DNA of 64,000 bases from Macrostomum lignano (taxonomy: Eukaryota), in NCBI GenBank assembly GCA_002269645.1, contig NIVC01000366.1, positions 583,523-647,522 on the forward strand, in the 5' to 3' direction. The stretch's first letter is position 1; the number at the start of each line of letters is the position of its first letter. The notes under the pieces are model-generated. The model worked only from the letters and a program-made list of their open reading frames with translations. It did not search any database and had not been told where the DNA came from. The position numbers were made by a program, and so were the translations under genes. Positions 24,919-38,825 of the stretch are shown piece after piece.

Positions 24919-26248
24919 TCATGCGTCGGAGCTCATGATCTAAGACCCAATGATAACTTTAGCAACCGAAAGTTTAAGAACCGAATTTTTTAAAGCTAAG
25001 AGCTTGCTAAAACTTTGCTTATACAGTTAAATATATTTTTTAAACTTTTTTCTGCCAGTTTTCAGGCTTCCATATGCCGCCGCCTTTTAATGATTCATCA
25101 TTTTCGTTTATTCCCGTTGCACTCGCAACTTTACGCAGTAAATGAATATGCGAGATTTAAGAAGTTTTCATCGATAAATAACTAGTTGCAAATAAATTCC
25201 CTATGTCTCTGCTTGCACTATAGCGTTTTCAATTTTATACTACTACACAAAGCTAAATAAGTAGTCCACATCGTTTATTTGTGGCGGAATTTAGATTTTT
25301 TTGCAGGAAATTTATTATTTAATTGGCAATTGACGCTCAGTTTATGATTATTAATAAATAAGTATAAATAAATATATTAGCTAATTCATTCTCTGTTTGC
25401 CTTGTCTAGTTCACACCCAACAACGAATTGCAATTATATATTATAAATAGATATAATTGTTTTATCAAATTTAATTTAAACAAAATAAAACACCAAATGA
25501 AATTATTACAAGACTTATGCATTGAACTGCATTGCAACAAGGATATAAATAAAGTGGCATTTTCAAAAGTAAATATGTTCAGTTGATCACATCAGAACAA
25601 AGAAATAGTTTTTTATTACAAGCAAAAAAGTCATTTCTACGAGCTACTCGTAATTTTTCGTTTGGCAAAAAATTTAACGATTTGTTCAAATTCACATTCA
25701 CAAACAATTTATCAAATGCTACAAGCCTACATGCATAGCATTGTTAATATGATAAAAGCAGAGCATTGATGCTATGGTCATTTTTACAACGAAGCTCAAC
25801 ACTACTGACGGAAATTATAATTTTTGTTATAATTTTTGTAAACAAAAAACTACTGATAAATCAGGAACAAGCACAGTTTAGACAAAGTATTACTAATTAG
25901 TAGTAATTTGTTCAGACAGACAATACATAGTAATGGGACGATTCTGTTTCTATCTTGAATTAACGCCAAAATATTCGTTAATTTGTACGGCTTTTAACCT
26001 ACTTGTGGTAAGTAGTATAAAGCGTAGTTATCAATCAAGAGTACTGTAAGAATTAACAATCTACAACCATTTCTTCTAAGAAAATTGTAGTTTTTATCTA
26101 ATTTTTAGGAATAAGCGTTCTCTCACGCCATTTTGGATGGATTATTTTTGACAATGTGCTCGTATGTACAGTTTTTTAGCAGGATTTTGGCGCCAATTTA
26201 AAACTATCATCTTATATTATTTAGACGGTTGTCTACTTTGCACCTGCA

Positions 26249-28378
26249 CTAACGAAACTGAGCCAACTCCATGGAGCAACCGTCGCCAACCATGTAGCTG
26301 GCAGCATTGCGGATGTTGCTGACCGACCCGCTGACTGCAGGCTGCCCTTTCGACGAGCTGCCAGTCAGAAGCGACACCGGCAGCGGCTGCTGATGCTGCT
26401 GTCTTCGAGTTGGCAGCATCGGACTGGCACTGGCGTGTCGCTGGTGCAGCCGCTGAAGCTGCTGTCGCTGCCGCGGCTTCCAAGCGCAGCTTCCCGTCGA
26501 CTGCTGATGTCGCTGCCTGTCGATGGTCTCCGACTTCAGCCGGACAACGTCGCGAACAATCTGATCAATCTGCCACAGATCCTCGAGGCCAGAAGTCTTT
26601 TTATCGACATCGTTGCCGCTCGACGAAGAGAAAATCGTCGTCAAGTCGAGCGTCGACACGTCCAGATCGTCGGCGTCGCCTGGCAGCAGCGGCAGCGACG
26701 GCGGCTGCCAGCGGCGAGCCTCCTGACTGTCGCGTGTGCCGCAGCAGCCGAGCAATCGGTCGATGTCTTCCTCACGGACCGCCCACTGCAGCTGGTGCAT
26801 GTCACTGCCGGTCTCAATGTCTGAGCCGTAGCCGCTTGAGACGGAAGGCTGCTGCGGCTGCTGCGGCTGCTTCTGGCTTTGCAGACCGTACAGCCCGACT
26901 GGCTGGCTTGCTGGGCCGCCGCTGTTGCAGCACCTGTTGGACGCCAGTGGGTTTCCATTTGGTGAGTCTGCACTGTCTGGGAGTACAGTGTCTGTTTGAA
27001 CCAGAATAACTGGGTCCTTTTGTGTACAACCGCTTGGGGTACTCGCTCAGGGAGTGCAACATGTATCTGCTGCACGAACTCTCCATCCCTTCAGGATTTG
27101 CTTCCTATCCACTACCCCATCTCCCGATCCTTCAGAGTCCGCTACCCCATCTCTCGATTTTTCAGGGTCCGCTACCCCTTCTCCTGATTTTTCAGGGTCC
27201 GCTACCCCATCATCTGATCCTTCAGGGTCCGCTACCCCATCCCCCGATCCCTCAGAGTCTGCTACCCCATCATCTGATCCTTCAGGGTCCGCTACCCCAT
27301 CCCCCGATCCCTCAGAGTCTGCTACCCCATCATCTGATCCTTCAGGGTCCGCTACCCCATCCCCCGATCCCTCAGAGTCTGCTACCCCATCATCTGATCC
27401 TTCAGGGTCCGCTACCCCATCCCCCGATCCCTCAGAGTCTGCTACCCCATCTCCCGATTTTTCAGGGTCCGCCACCCCATCTTCCGATCCTTCAGGGTCT
27501 GCTACCCCATCTCCCGATTTTTCAGGGTCCGCTACCCCATCTCCCGATTTTTCAGGGTCCGCTACCTCGTCCCCCGATCCTTCAGGATCCGCTACTCCAT
27601 CCCTGGATCTTTCAGGGAGGATCTGCTGCATGCCACGCGGCCGGTCTCACCCAGTCCCAGCCGAACACCGCATCTCAGCCGCCTCCTGCGGACACTGGAA
27701 TCTGACAGTCCTTGCGCTGGCGCTCTTCATCAGCCGCTGACACTGTTCCTGCTGCTGCCGCAATTGCCGCTTCGTCTGCTGCTGCTGCTGACGCGCTGGC
27801 TGCATCGGCGAGTCGAACTCCTCGGAGTTTGGACATCCGCCGAGCCTGTGACAGAACGCCCACCTTGTGTAGTCATAGTCTCCATTGGCGTAGACTCCTT
27901 CAATGTCGCCGGAGCCAGCGGCGGCTGCAGAGCACTGTCGGCGAAGAAGGTCGCTGCCGCTCTCCGCTTCCGGCCCGCTGCCAAGCTGTCGACGGTGAGT
28001 CGACGAGCAGGAAGCCGACCGACGAAACGATGTCGGCAGAAGAAGTCGAGCCAGACGTTTCCCGAGCGTCCCTGGCTGCTGCTGCTGCTGCTGTTTCTTT
28101 TGCTTCTTCTGCTCCTGCAGCATCGATTTGGTGTTGAGTTTCGGTGACGCCAACGGCGGTGGTGGCGGAATTTCGGCGTAGACGAAGCCGTCGTCCTCGC
28201 AGCCTGCCGCTGCCGTTGTCTCCACGGCTGCCGCAGCTTCCATGGCGGCGATTCGGCCGAGGAATGAAGACCGCAGCACCGCAGTGGTTGGCGGCTGCTG
28301 CTGCTGCTGCCGCTGCAACAGCGGATGCTGGAAACTGTCGCTCCAGCTGGATGAAGCCACACCGTAAGACTGTTGCAT
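26249..28378 (-). CDS. Orphan low-complexity protein, two exons (28378-27651 and ~27040-26249); acceptor of exon 2 uncertain
   Basis: 243-aa ORF starting at ATG 28378 with an upstream in-frame stop; donor GG|GTGAGA at 27650. A long open frame (27046-26249) contains SSGYGSDIETGSD and LEDLWQIDQIVRDVVRL. PolyQ/polyA composition matches the other genes in the window. Confidence 0.55.
27105..27615. repeat. 30-bp minisatellite with 60-bp dimer, intron of orphan gene
   Basis: gctaccccatc..cgatccttcagggtcc units; exact 60-bp lines repeat at 27241, 27301 and 27361. Confidence 0.95.
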
Positions 28379-28869
28379 TGCTCAGCCAATCAGCCCGTTT
28401 TGTTTAACTGTTTTTGTTTGGAATGAAAGTTGAACTGTGTGAGGCGCAAGAGTCACCTGATTCAATAGTTCCGAGACAGTTTAGCCCTATGATAAATGTC
28501 TTTGACTGACAAAATCAGACTCATCCAGCTAACCCCAATTCAATCGTCAGGTCCTTGATAGTCAGTAGCCTGATCAAATCTCGAATAGTCACTTCAACAG
28601 CAATCCTCGCTTATACTGTATACATATATGTGTGTACGTGTATGAATCTCCCTTGGGAATATGTTCTATTTTATGCTTTTAGCGCGAGTTCGATCACGTG
28701 ATGCCTAAACGCCCCTCCCAGGACTCAAAGACGAGTCAGTCGACTTTCTGATGTCTAATCTCGTTGATTATTGTGTAGATTGAATTTAATCAGCTGCTGG
28801 TAAGCTGTGACTCAGCTTCTGTGCCGCATCGGCATCTGTTCGAGGGCGAAGGAGGAGAAAATCAGTACC

Positions 28870-29640
28870 ACAGGCTACTCAGTCATCCAGGCTACTCAAT
28901 CACTCAAACTACTTAGCGACTCAAGCTACTCAGTCACTCAGGCTACTCAGTCACTCAAGCTACTCAGTCACTCAGGCTACTCAGTCACTCAAACTACTTA
29001 GCGACTCAAGCTACTCAGTCACTCAGGCTACTCAGTCACTCAAACTACTTAGCGACTCAAGCTACTCAGTCACTCAGGCTACTCAGTCACTCAAACTACT
29101 TAGCGACTCAAGCTACTCAGTCACTCAGGCTACTCAGTCACTCAAACTACTTAGCGACTCAAGCTACTCAGTCACTCAGGCTACTCAGTCACTCAAACTA
29201 CTTAGCGACTCAAGCTACTCAGTCACTCAGGCTACTCAGTCACTCAAACTACTTAGCGACTCAAGCTACTCAGTCACTCAAACTACTTAGCGACTCAAGC
29301 TACTCAGTCACTCAGGCTACTCAGTCACTCAAACTACTTAGCGACTCAAGCTACTCAGTCACTCAGGCTACTCAGTCACTCAAACTACTTAGCGACTCAA
29401 GCTACTCAGTCACTCAAACTACTTAGCGACTCAAGCTACTCAGTCACTCAGGCTACTCAGTCACTCAAACTACTTAGCGACTCAAGCTACTCAGTCACTC
29501 AAACTACTTAGCGACTCAAGCTACTCAGTCACTCAGGCTACTCAGTCACTCAAACTACTTAGCGACTCAAGCTACTCAGTCACTCAAACTACTTAGCGAC
29601 TCAAGCTACTCAGTCACTCAGGCTACTTAGTCACTCAAGC
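28870..29640. repeat. 17-bp monomer array organised in 51/34-bp higher-order repeats
   Basis: gctactcagtcactcag + gctactcagtcactcaa + actacttagcgactcaa. Confidence 0.95.
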
Positions 29641-30414
29641 TATTTATATAGATCACCTTTTCTAGTAAAATTTAGAACGGAACAGAATGATGGTAAGTGC
29701 AAAAATATTTTCTACAACTGTTTTACAGTAAACACTAAAATAATTTTATAGTGCAGCTAACAGTTAAAAACGTCAAGTTACTAACTTGACAGCAGCAAAC
29801 TGACTGACTGATTGACAGGTTTTTAGTTGTCAATCACTGCTAGGAAGCTTACTACATTATGCTATACTTATATTGAAAGCCCCGTGCACACCTGCGATCA
29901 TACAATAGAAATCTATCATGCAACTGAAATGAACAAAGCAAGGGATTGACCTATTCAATATGAAATGTGCTGACTTAGTCACAGACAGGCTTTTTGCCAG
30001 TTTAACTACCCGCCTCAAGCTTCTGACGCAGGCATAAATAATGCAATACCGCTGACTGCATGATTTCTTGATTTGAGCTTACAAATATAATTTGTAAGCT
30101 CATTTCACAAAAAGCACTGATTATAAAACACGGTTGAATCAGTCACCAATGTTTTTTCTTTGCTGCTTTTATCCCCCCTATAAATCAGTTGAGCACGACT
30201 AAGGAATAATGGCCCACACATGCATGTATGATTGCTCATATTGTTAGGCTGGAATTTTTTCTTTTCTTCAATCAAGCAATAAATCAAAAAGTCTTCAATG
30301 TCTGACAGCTTGTTGACATTTTCATATATGCACAGCTATATGCTTGCAGAATAGAGAGGAACCATGGACCTTTTGAGTATACTTGGACTGGGTCGTTTTT
30401 TCTGTACAACCAAG

Positions 30415-30990
30415 AAACAGGGGCGCCTACCAAGAGACAGGGGCGCCTACCTAGAGACAGGGGCGCCTACCAAGAGACAGGGGCGCCTACCTAGAGACAG
30501 GGGCGCCTACCAAGAGACAGGGGCGCCTACCTAGAGACAGGGGCGCCTACCAAGAGACAGGGGCGCCTACCTAGAGACAGGGGCGCCTACCAAGAGACAG
30601 GGGCGCCTACCTAGAGACAGGGGCGCCCACCAAGAGACAGGGGCGCCCACCAAGAGACAGGGGCGCCCACCAAGAGACAGGGGCGCCTACCTAGAGACAG
30701 GGGCGCCTACCAAGAGACAGGGGCGCCTACCTAGAGACAGGGGCGCCTACCTAGAGACAGGGGCGCCTACCAAGAGACAGGGGCGCCCACCAAGAGACAG
30801 GGGCGCCCACCAAGAGACAGGGGTGCCCACCAAGAGACAGGGGTGCCTTTTAAGAGACAGGGGCGCCCACCAAGAGACAGGGGCGCCCATCTAAGAGACA
30901 GGGGCGCCTATCAAGCGACAGGGGTGCCCATCTAAGAGACAGGGGCGCCTACCAAGAGACAGGGGCGCTCATCTAAGAGACAGGGGCGCC
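30415..30990. repeat. 20-bp minisatellite (caagagacaggggcgcctac)
   Basis: About 28 copies; one inverted copy at ~31010-31023. Confidence 0.95.
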
Positions 30991-31589
30991 CACCTATACA
31001 CCAAGTATTGGCGCCCCTGTCTCAGCAATGATTTCAGTATATTAAATGATTATAGAAGCAGCACATGTCAATTGAAGCAACACTGGAGGCCTTGCTTTGT
31101 TCCCCGAACAGGAGCTGGGCCGCAGCCGTGAGTGAATCACGTGACACACAGCGTGACAAGAGATGACAGCGCGCAATTTTTATGACTTATAGCCGCTCCA
31201 CCCCGTGTGACTGATCACTTTTTGGTCCCCGTACTGTGTGGAATGGGTTGAATTTACGCAGGTAATAATGTATGTGCACTGGATCATGCTAATGCCAGGG
31301 TTAGAGAGGATTCCTAGAGGAGAGTGCAGAGAAGTGATGACGTCAATAACACTGGGGTAGAGCTCTGAGCTCAGAAGGAGCTCGGGGGACAGGGGAGTGA
31401 CAGAATGCTGCGATTTTTACTCTGTCTGATTTATTAATGATTTTTTATAGAGAAGTCTCCAACCCCCCCCCCTGATCAGACTGTTAGACATGTTCGTTTT
31501 CGTGCAGAAATTAAATTAGACATTTCAAAACATTTTCTACATTTTTTCACTATTGATTTGGCCACTTCTCTCTATAAAGTTGCTAGTAG

Positions 31590-32260
31590 TTCACTCCCTC
31601 TCTACTTCTCTGCCTACCCTCTCTACTTCTCTGCCTACCCTCTCTACTTCTCTGCCTACCCTCTCTACTTCTCTGCCTACCCTCTCTACTTCTCTGCACT
31701 CTGCCCTCCCTTCTCTATTTCTCTACCTACCCTCTCTACTTCTCTGCCTACCCTCTCTAATTCTCTGCCCTCCCTTCTCTATTTCTCTATCTCCCTTCTA
31801 TACTTCTCTGCCTACCCTCTCTACTTCTCTGCCTACCCTCTCTACTTCTCTGCCTACCCTCTCTACTTCTCTGCCTACCCTCTCTACTTCTCTGCACTCT
31901 GCCCTCCCTTCTCTATTTCTCTACCTACCCTCTCTACTTCTCTGCCTACCCTCTCTAATTCTCTGCCCTCCCTTCTCTATTTCTCTATCTCCCTTCTATA
32001 CTTCTCTGCCTACCCTCTCTACTTCTCTGCCCTCCCTTCTCTACTTCGCTGCCCTCCCTTCTCTATTTCTCTACCTACCCTCTCTACTTCTCTGCCTACC
32101 CTCTCTTTTTCTCTGCCCTCCCTTCTCTATTTCTCTACCTACCCTCTCTACTTCTCTTACTTCCCACTCTACTTCTCTGCTCTCTCCTCTCTACTTCTCA
32201 CTTTTGGTTTAACCACTTCTATCTCTTCCCCTTTCATTCTCTCTCAAACTCTATCTTAAG
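31590..32260. repeat. 21-bp pyrimidine-rich minisatellite (ctctctacttctctgcctacc)
   Basis: Read directly from the sequence, with higher-order duplicated blocks. Confidence 0.9.
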
Positions 32261-32540
32261 CGGTACGTTAATTAATTTTTTAATAAAAATATTATCATTG
32301 TTGCCTCACAAGCCCTCTTCAACTCCGGATACAGTAGAATTATATGGCTTATTATTCAATTTTCAGCTAAATTCTTATTATAAAGCTTACAATTATTACT
32401 TTTACGTTCCTCTTCTCAATAAGAAGCTATCTGACAATAAAACTGCTTTTGAGTTTGTGAGTCAGTGGCTGCCGACACAATGAAACCGTCCCGGTGCCTT
32501 GGAGAGGGCGAAATTTGGAAAAAAAGACGCATCACAAACT

Positions 32541-33840
32541 TGAATCTGCCTCCCTCAATCTGCCTCCCTGAATCTGCCTCCCTGAATCTGTCTCCCTGAA
32601 TCTGCCTCCCTGAATCTGCCTCCCTGAATCTGACTCCCTGAATCTGCCTCCCTAAATCTGCCTCCCTGAATCTGTCTCCCTGAATCTGCCTCCCTGAATC
32701 TGCCTCCCTGAATCTGCCTCCCTGAATCTGCCTCCCTGAATCTGCCTCCCTGAATCTGCCTGCCTCAACATGCCTCCCTGAATCTGCCTCCCTGAATCTG
32801 CCTCCCTGAATCTGCCTCCCTGAATCTGCCTCCCTGAATCTGCCTCCCTGAATCTGCCTCCCTGAATCTGCCTCCCTGAATCTGCCTCCCTGAATCTGCC
32901 TCCCTGAATCTGCCTCCCTGAATCTGCCTCCCTGAGTCTGCCTCCTTCAATCTGCCTCCCTGAATCTGGCTCCCTGAATCTGCCTCCCTGAATTTGCCTC
33001 CCTGAATCTGCCTGCCTCAACATGCCTCCCTGAATCTGCCTGCCTCAACATGCCTCCCTGAATCTGCCTCCCTGAATCTGCCTGCCTCAATCTGCCTCCC
33101 TGAATCTGGCTCCCTGAATCTGCCTCCCTGAATCTGCCTCCCTGAATCTGCCTGCCTCAATCTGCCTCCCTGAATCTGCCTCCCTGAATCTGCCTCCCTG
33201 AATCTGCCTCCCTGAATCTGCCTCCCTGAGTCTGCCTCCTTCAATCTGCCTCCCTGAATCTGCCTCCCTGGATCTGCCTCCCTGAATCTGCCTCCCTGAA
33301 TCTGCCTGCCTCAACATGCCTCCCTGAATCTGCCTGCCTCAACATGCCTCCCTGAATCTGCCTCCCTGAATCTGCCTCCCTGAATCTGCCTCCCTGAATC
33401 TGCCTCCCTGAATCTGCCTCCCTGAATCTGCCTCCCTGAATCTGCCTGCCTCAACATGCCTCCCTGAATCTGCCTCCCTGAATCTGCCTCCCTGAATCTG
33501 CCTCCCTGGATCTGCCTCCCTGAATCTGCCTCCCTGAATCTGCCTGCCTCAACATGCCTCCCTGAATCTGCCTGCCTCAACATGCCTCCCTGAATCTGCC
33601 TCCCTGAATCTGCCTCCCTGAATCTGCCTCCCTGAATCTGCCTCCCTGAATCTGCCTCCCTGAATCTGCCTCCCTGAATCTGCCTGCCTCAACATGCCTC
33701 CCTGAATCTGCCTCCCTGAATCTGCCTCCCTGAATCTGCCTCCCTGAATCTGCCTGCCTCAATCTGCCTCCCTGAATCTGCCTCCCTGAATCTGCCTCCC
33801 TGAATCTGCCTCCCTGAATCTGCCTCCCTCAATCTGCCTC
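32541..33840. repeat. 14-bp minisatellite (aatctgcctccctg), ~90 units
   Basis: Read directly from the sequence; variant ...cctgcctcaacatg... interspersed. Confidence 0.95.
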
Positions 33841-34071
33841 GGTTCTGAATCGGTGCCTGAAAAAATGTCCTTATTACTTCTAGACATTCAACGCTCTGCA
33901 ATCTGCACTTGCAACACAGTATATTATAAAGAATTACTGTTGCTAAAAGTTTGGCATACAATGAAATATTGTGTAACAGATGGGTCGCGGCAGTACACAC
34001 TGCAGCTTATCGACCTCCCTGAAGGATTGAACGACCTCCCTGATTGTATGCCAAACTTTTAGCAACAGTAA

Positions 34072-34900
34072 CACATCCGGTTCCGAAACAGTTACATCCA
34101 GTTCCGAAACAGTCACATCCGGTTCCGAAACAGTCACATCCAGTTCCGAAACAGTCACATCCGGTTCCGAAACAGTCACATCCGGTTCCGAAACAGTCAC
34201 ATCCGGTTCCGAAACAGTCACATCCAGTTCCGAAACAGTCACATCCGGTTCTGAGACAGGCAAATCCGGTTCCGAAAAAATCACATCCGGTTCCGAGACA
34301 GGCAAATCCGGTTCCGAAAAAATCACATCCGGTTTCGAGACAGGCAAATCCGGTTCCTAAACAGTCACATCCGGTTCTGAGACAGGCAAATCGGGTTCCG
34401 AAACAGTCACATCCGGTTCTGAAACAGGCAAATCCGGTTCCGAAACAGTCACATCCGGTTCCGAAACAGTCACATCCGGTTCCGAAACAGTCACATCCAG
34501 TTCCGAAACAGTCACATCCTGTTCCAAAACAGTCACATCCGGTTCCGAAACAGTCACATCCGGTTCCGAGACAGGTAAATCCGGTTTAGAAACAGTCACA
34601 TCCAGTTCCGAAACAGTCCCATCCGGTTCCGAAACAGTCCCATCCAGTTCCGAAACAGTCACATCCGGTTCCGAAACAGTCACATCCAGTTCCGAAACAG
34701 TCCCATCCGGTTCCGAAACAGTCACATCCGGTTCCGAGACAGGTAAATCCGGTTCCGAAACAGTCACATCCGGTTCCGAAACAGTCACATCCAGTTCCGA
34801 AACAGTCCCATCCGGTTCCGAAACAGTCACATCCGGTTCCGAGACAGGTAAATCCGGTTCCGAAACAGTCACATCCGGTTCCGAGACAGGCACATCCGGT
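34072..34900. repeat. 21-bp minisatellite (catccggttccgaaacagtca)
   Basis: Read directly from the sequence. Confidence 0.95.
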
Positions 34901-35651
34901 TCTGCAGTCTAATTAGCTTAAAAACCTTGGAACGTCAGCTTAGAAGCGGAGCGATTCCCAAGATTAATTGGCTACTGAATGCAAGCTGCAGACTCTGCAA
35001 ACTTCACCTGCAGCTTATCCTGACTAAATGGGCGCCTTCACTCCGAACAATTAGCAGAAGTTCACTTTTCAAACCACCCCCATCCCAATTTGCAGCCAAA
35101 AATATTTCCCTGCTTTTCTTAGACTCGACTTCGCTGTTTGGTGAAAACGCGTTCCAGAAATTAGCCAGCAGAAATTCTTCAACAAGCTGCACTTTGCGTG
35201 CCTCTGTTAAGGTGTTAAACTGCAGTCGTTCTGTTTCAATTCTTTTTGACACGCGCCTTTGAGGAACAGACCACCCTTGGGGGGGGAGAAGTTTTATGGG
35301 GCGCTGACTTTTTATTGTCGCCTCGCCAATTTCTTTTGAAGTTTACCGTTCTGTGCAGTTTAATAATAATAATAATAAATAATTTTAATAAAATAGTTAA
35401 GCGCGGCAGTCAACCCTGGCTCTTCAACCCAGCGGGTGGTTTAAAAGGCTGTTCTAATAGCTCTCTCCCTTGTTTTATATACCACAGTTCAATATAAACC
35501 ATGGACTGCTAATTGGCTATATCGCCTTTGGAATGGTCGTCATTTTAGCGCCTGTATAATATAGGAGAGTCGCAATAAATTCTGACACCTTTATTATTCC
35601 CCAGTCTGGCGTGTAAACTTCATTTGTACGAAAAACTCTGCCACATCTATC

Positions 35652-37237
35652 AAAAGCCGGACCAACTCAAGAAGAATCCTGACCTATGCTCACAGAAAAG
35701 CCTGACCAACTCAAGAAGAATCCTGACCTATGCTCACAGAAAAGCCGGACCAACTCAAGAAGAATATCCTGACCTATGCTCACAGAAAAGCCTGACCAAC
35801 TCAAGAAGAATCCTGACCTATGCTCACAGAAAAGCCTGACCAACTCAAGAAGAATCCTGACCTATGCTCACAGAAAAGCCGGACCAACTCAAGAAGAATA
35901 TCCTGACCTATGCTCACAGAAAAGCCTGACTAACTCAAGAAGAATCCTGACCTATGCTCACAGAAAAGCCGGACCAACTCAAGAAGAATATCCTGACCAA
36001 TGCTCACAGAAAAGCCTGACTAACTCAAGAAGAATCCTGACCTATGCTCACAGAAAAGCCGGACCAACTCAAGAAGAATATCCTGACCTATGCTCACAGA
36101 AAAGCCTGACCAACTCAAGAAGAATCCTGACCTATGCTCACAGAAAAGCCGGACCAACTCAAGAAGAATCCTGACCAATGCTCACAGAAAAGCCTGACTA
36201 ACTCAAGAAGAATCCTGACCTATGCTCACAGAAAAGCCGGACCAACTCAAGAAGAATATCCTGACCTATGCTCACAGAAAAGCCGGACCAACTCAAGAAG
36301 AATCCTGACCTATGCTCACAGAAAAGCCGGACCAACTCAAGAAGAATATCCTGACCAATGCTCACAGAAAAGCCTGACTAACTCAAGAAGAATCCTGACC
36401 TATGCTCACAGAAAAGCCGGACCAACTCAAGAAGAATATCCTGACCAATGCTCACAGAAAAGCCTGACCAACTCAAGAAGAATCCTGACCTATGCTCACA
36501 GAAAAGCCGGACCAACTCAAGAAGAATCCTGACCTATGCTCACAGAAAAGCCGGACCAACTCAAGAAGAATATCCTGACCAATGCTCACAGAAAAGCCTG
36601 ACTAACTCAAGAAGAATCCTGACCTATGCTCACAGAAAAGCCGGACCAACTCAAGAAGAATATCCTGACCAATGCTCACAGAAAAGCCTGACTAACTCAA
36701 GAAGAATCCTGACCTATGCTCACAGAAAAGCCGGACCAACTCAAGAAGAATATCCTGACCTATGCTCACAGAAAAGCCTGACCAACTCAAGAAGAATATC
36801 CTGACCTATGCTCACAGAAAAGCCTGACCAACTCAAGAAGAATCCTGACCTATGCTCACAGAAAAGCCTGACCAACTCAAGAAGAATATCCTGACCTATG
36901 CTCACAGAAAAGCCTGACCAACTCAAGAAGAATATCCTGACCTATGCTCACAGAAAAGCCTGACCAACTCAAGAAGAATCCTGACCTATGCTCACAGAAA
37001 AGCCTGACCAACTCAAGAAGAATCCTGACCTATGCTCACAGAAAAGCCTGACCAACTCAAGAAGAATATTCTGACCTATGCTCACAGAAAAGCCTGACCA
37101 ACTCAAGAAGAATATCCTGACCTATGCTCACAGAAAAGCCTGACCAACTCAAGAAGAATATCCTGACCTATGCTCACAGAAAAGCCTGACCAACTCAAGA
37201 AGAATATCCTGACCTATGCTCACAGAAAAGCCTGACA
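35652..37237. repeat. 44/46-bp minisatellite (23+21-bp dimer)
   Basis: cctgacctatgctcacagaaaag + cctgaccaactcaagaagaat(at). Confidence 0.95.
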
Positions 37238-38004
37238 AAATTTACAAGAAGACCTGCTGAAAAAATCTATGAGACACCTGACAATGCTGGAAACCATAGC
37301 AACTACGAGGCCGTATATTACCGAACAAAGAGATGATCAAATCAGATCGCACATCAAATGTAACAGCCTGAACCTCATCTGTCCAATATTCAATAGACAG
37401 TCCCAAACAAGCAGGTGACAACTGCTTTTCCGCATCTCTCCCTCAGCCTCGGCTGCAACTTCCTTCAAGTCGTCTCATCTGAAGATGCTGGGAGCGTCTG
37501 CAGCAAAAAATGCGAAAGACAGAAAAAATGCGATGAGGAAAACAGGCAGAAAAAACTGTCTATCTGTGCTTAGCAGCCGGGCTCAGCCAAGCAGCCCCCC
37601 GTCCAGGTAGAAAGCAACCTTTTTGCTAATTAATGCCCCAAGGGAAGATATTAGAAACCCTGTATAAAGCCTCCCTGTTAGTTTGCAGTTTGTGAAAAGA
37701 AATTCAAAAGACTAGAAAAAACTGCAAACTGCGCGGAGAGATGCGGCGGGGCAGTTGCTACCGGGATGTCAGCGGTATAGTGTCTATTGGTGCAGTAAAT
37801 CCCAGGTAGGAATTCGCTGCTTGCGTCCATGGGGCGTCCGTCTTTCTATGTTCGGCGCGAGTCTTGGAACAAGCAAGCAGTTTTGGGGTCATTGCGCGTC
37901 AGTTGTCACATCGAATGTCGCATTGAATTAACCTTTTTGGTAGATTCGTTTCCTAGTCTATATTTGGCCTATTTACATGTGTGCGTGTGTCAGGATATTG
38001 GTAG

Positions 38005-38825
38005 ACTGAAGTGAATGTGAACACAGTGAGGTGTATGTGAACACAGTGAGGTGTATGTGAACACACTGAGGTGAATGTGAACACACTGAGGTGAATGTGA
38101 ACACACTGAGGTGTATGTGAACACACTGAGGTGAATGTGAACACACTAAGGTGAATGTGAACATACTGAGGTGAATGTCAACACACTAAGGTGAATGTGA
38201 ACACACTGAGGTGAATGTGAACACACTAAGGTGAATGTGAACATACTGAGGTGAATGTGAACACACTAAGGTGAATGTGAACATACTGAGGTGAATGTGA
38301 ACACACTAAGGTGAATGTGAACACAGTGAGGTAAATGTGAACAGATTGAGGTGAATTTGAACAGATTGAGGTGTTATTTGAACTGATTGAGGTGTATGTG
38401 AACAAACTGAGGTGAATGTGAACACACTGAGGTAAATGTGAACAGATTGAGGTGAATGTGAACAGATTGAGGTGTTATTTGAACTGATTGAGGTGAATGT
38501 GAACACACTGAGGTGAATGTGAACACACTGAGGTGAATGTAAACACACTAAGGTGAATGTAAACACACTGAGGTGAATGTGAACACACTGAGGTGAATGT
38601 AAACACACTAAGGTGAATGTGAACACACTGAGGTGAATGTGAACACACTGAGGTGAATGTGAACACACTGAGGTGAATGTGAACACACTGAGTGAATGTG
38701 AACACACTGAGGTGAGCGTGAACACACTGAAGTGAATGTGAACAGATTAAGGTGAATGTGAACAGATTAAGGTGAATGTGAACACACTGAGGTGAATGTG
38801 AACACACTGAGGTGAGCGTGAACAG
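38005..38825. repeat. 20-bp minisatellite (gaggtgaatgtgaacacact)
   Basis: Read directly from the sequence. Confidence 0.95.

Noticed and set aside
37440-37450. In-frame TGA as selenocysteine in the hidden minus-strand gene
   Set aside because: Nearby single-base frameshifts explain the reading better and no SECIS was seen.
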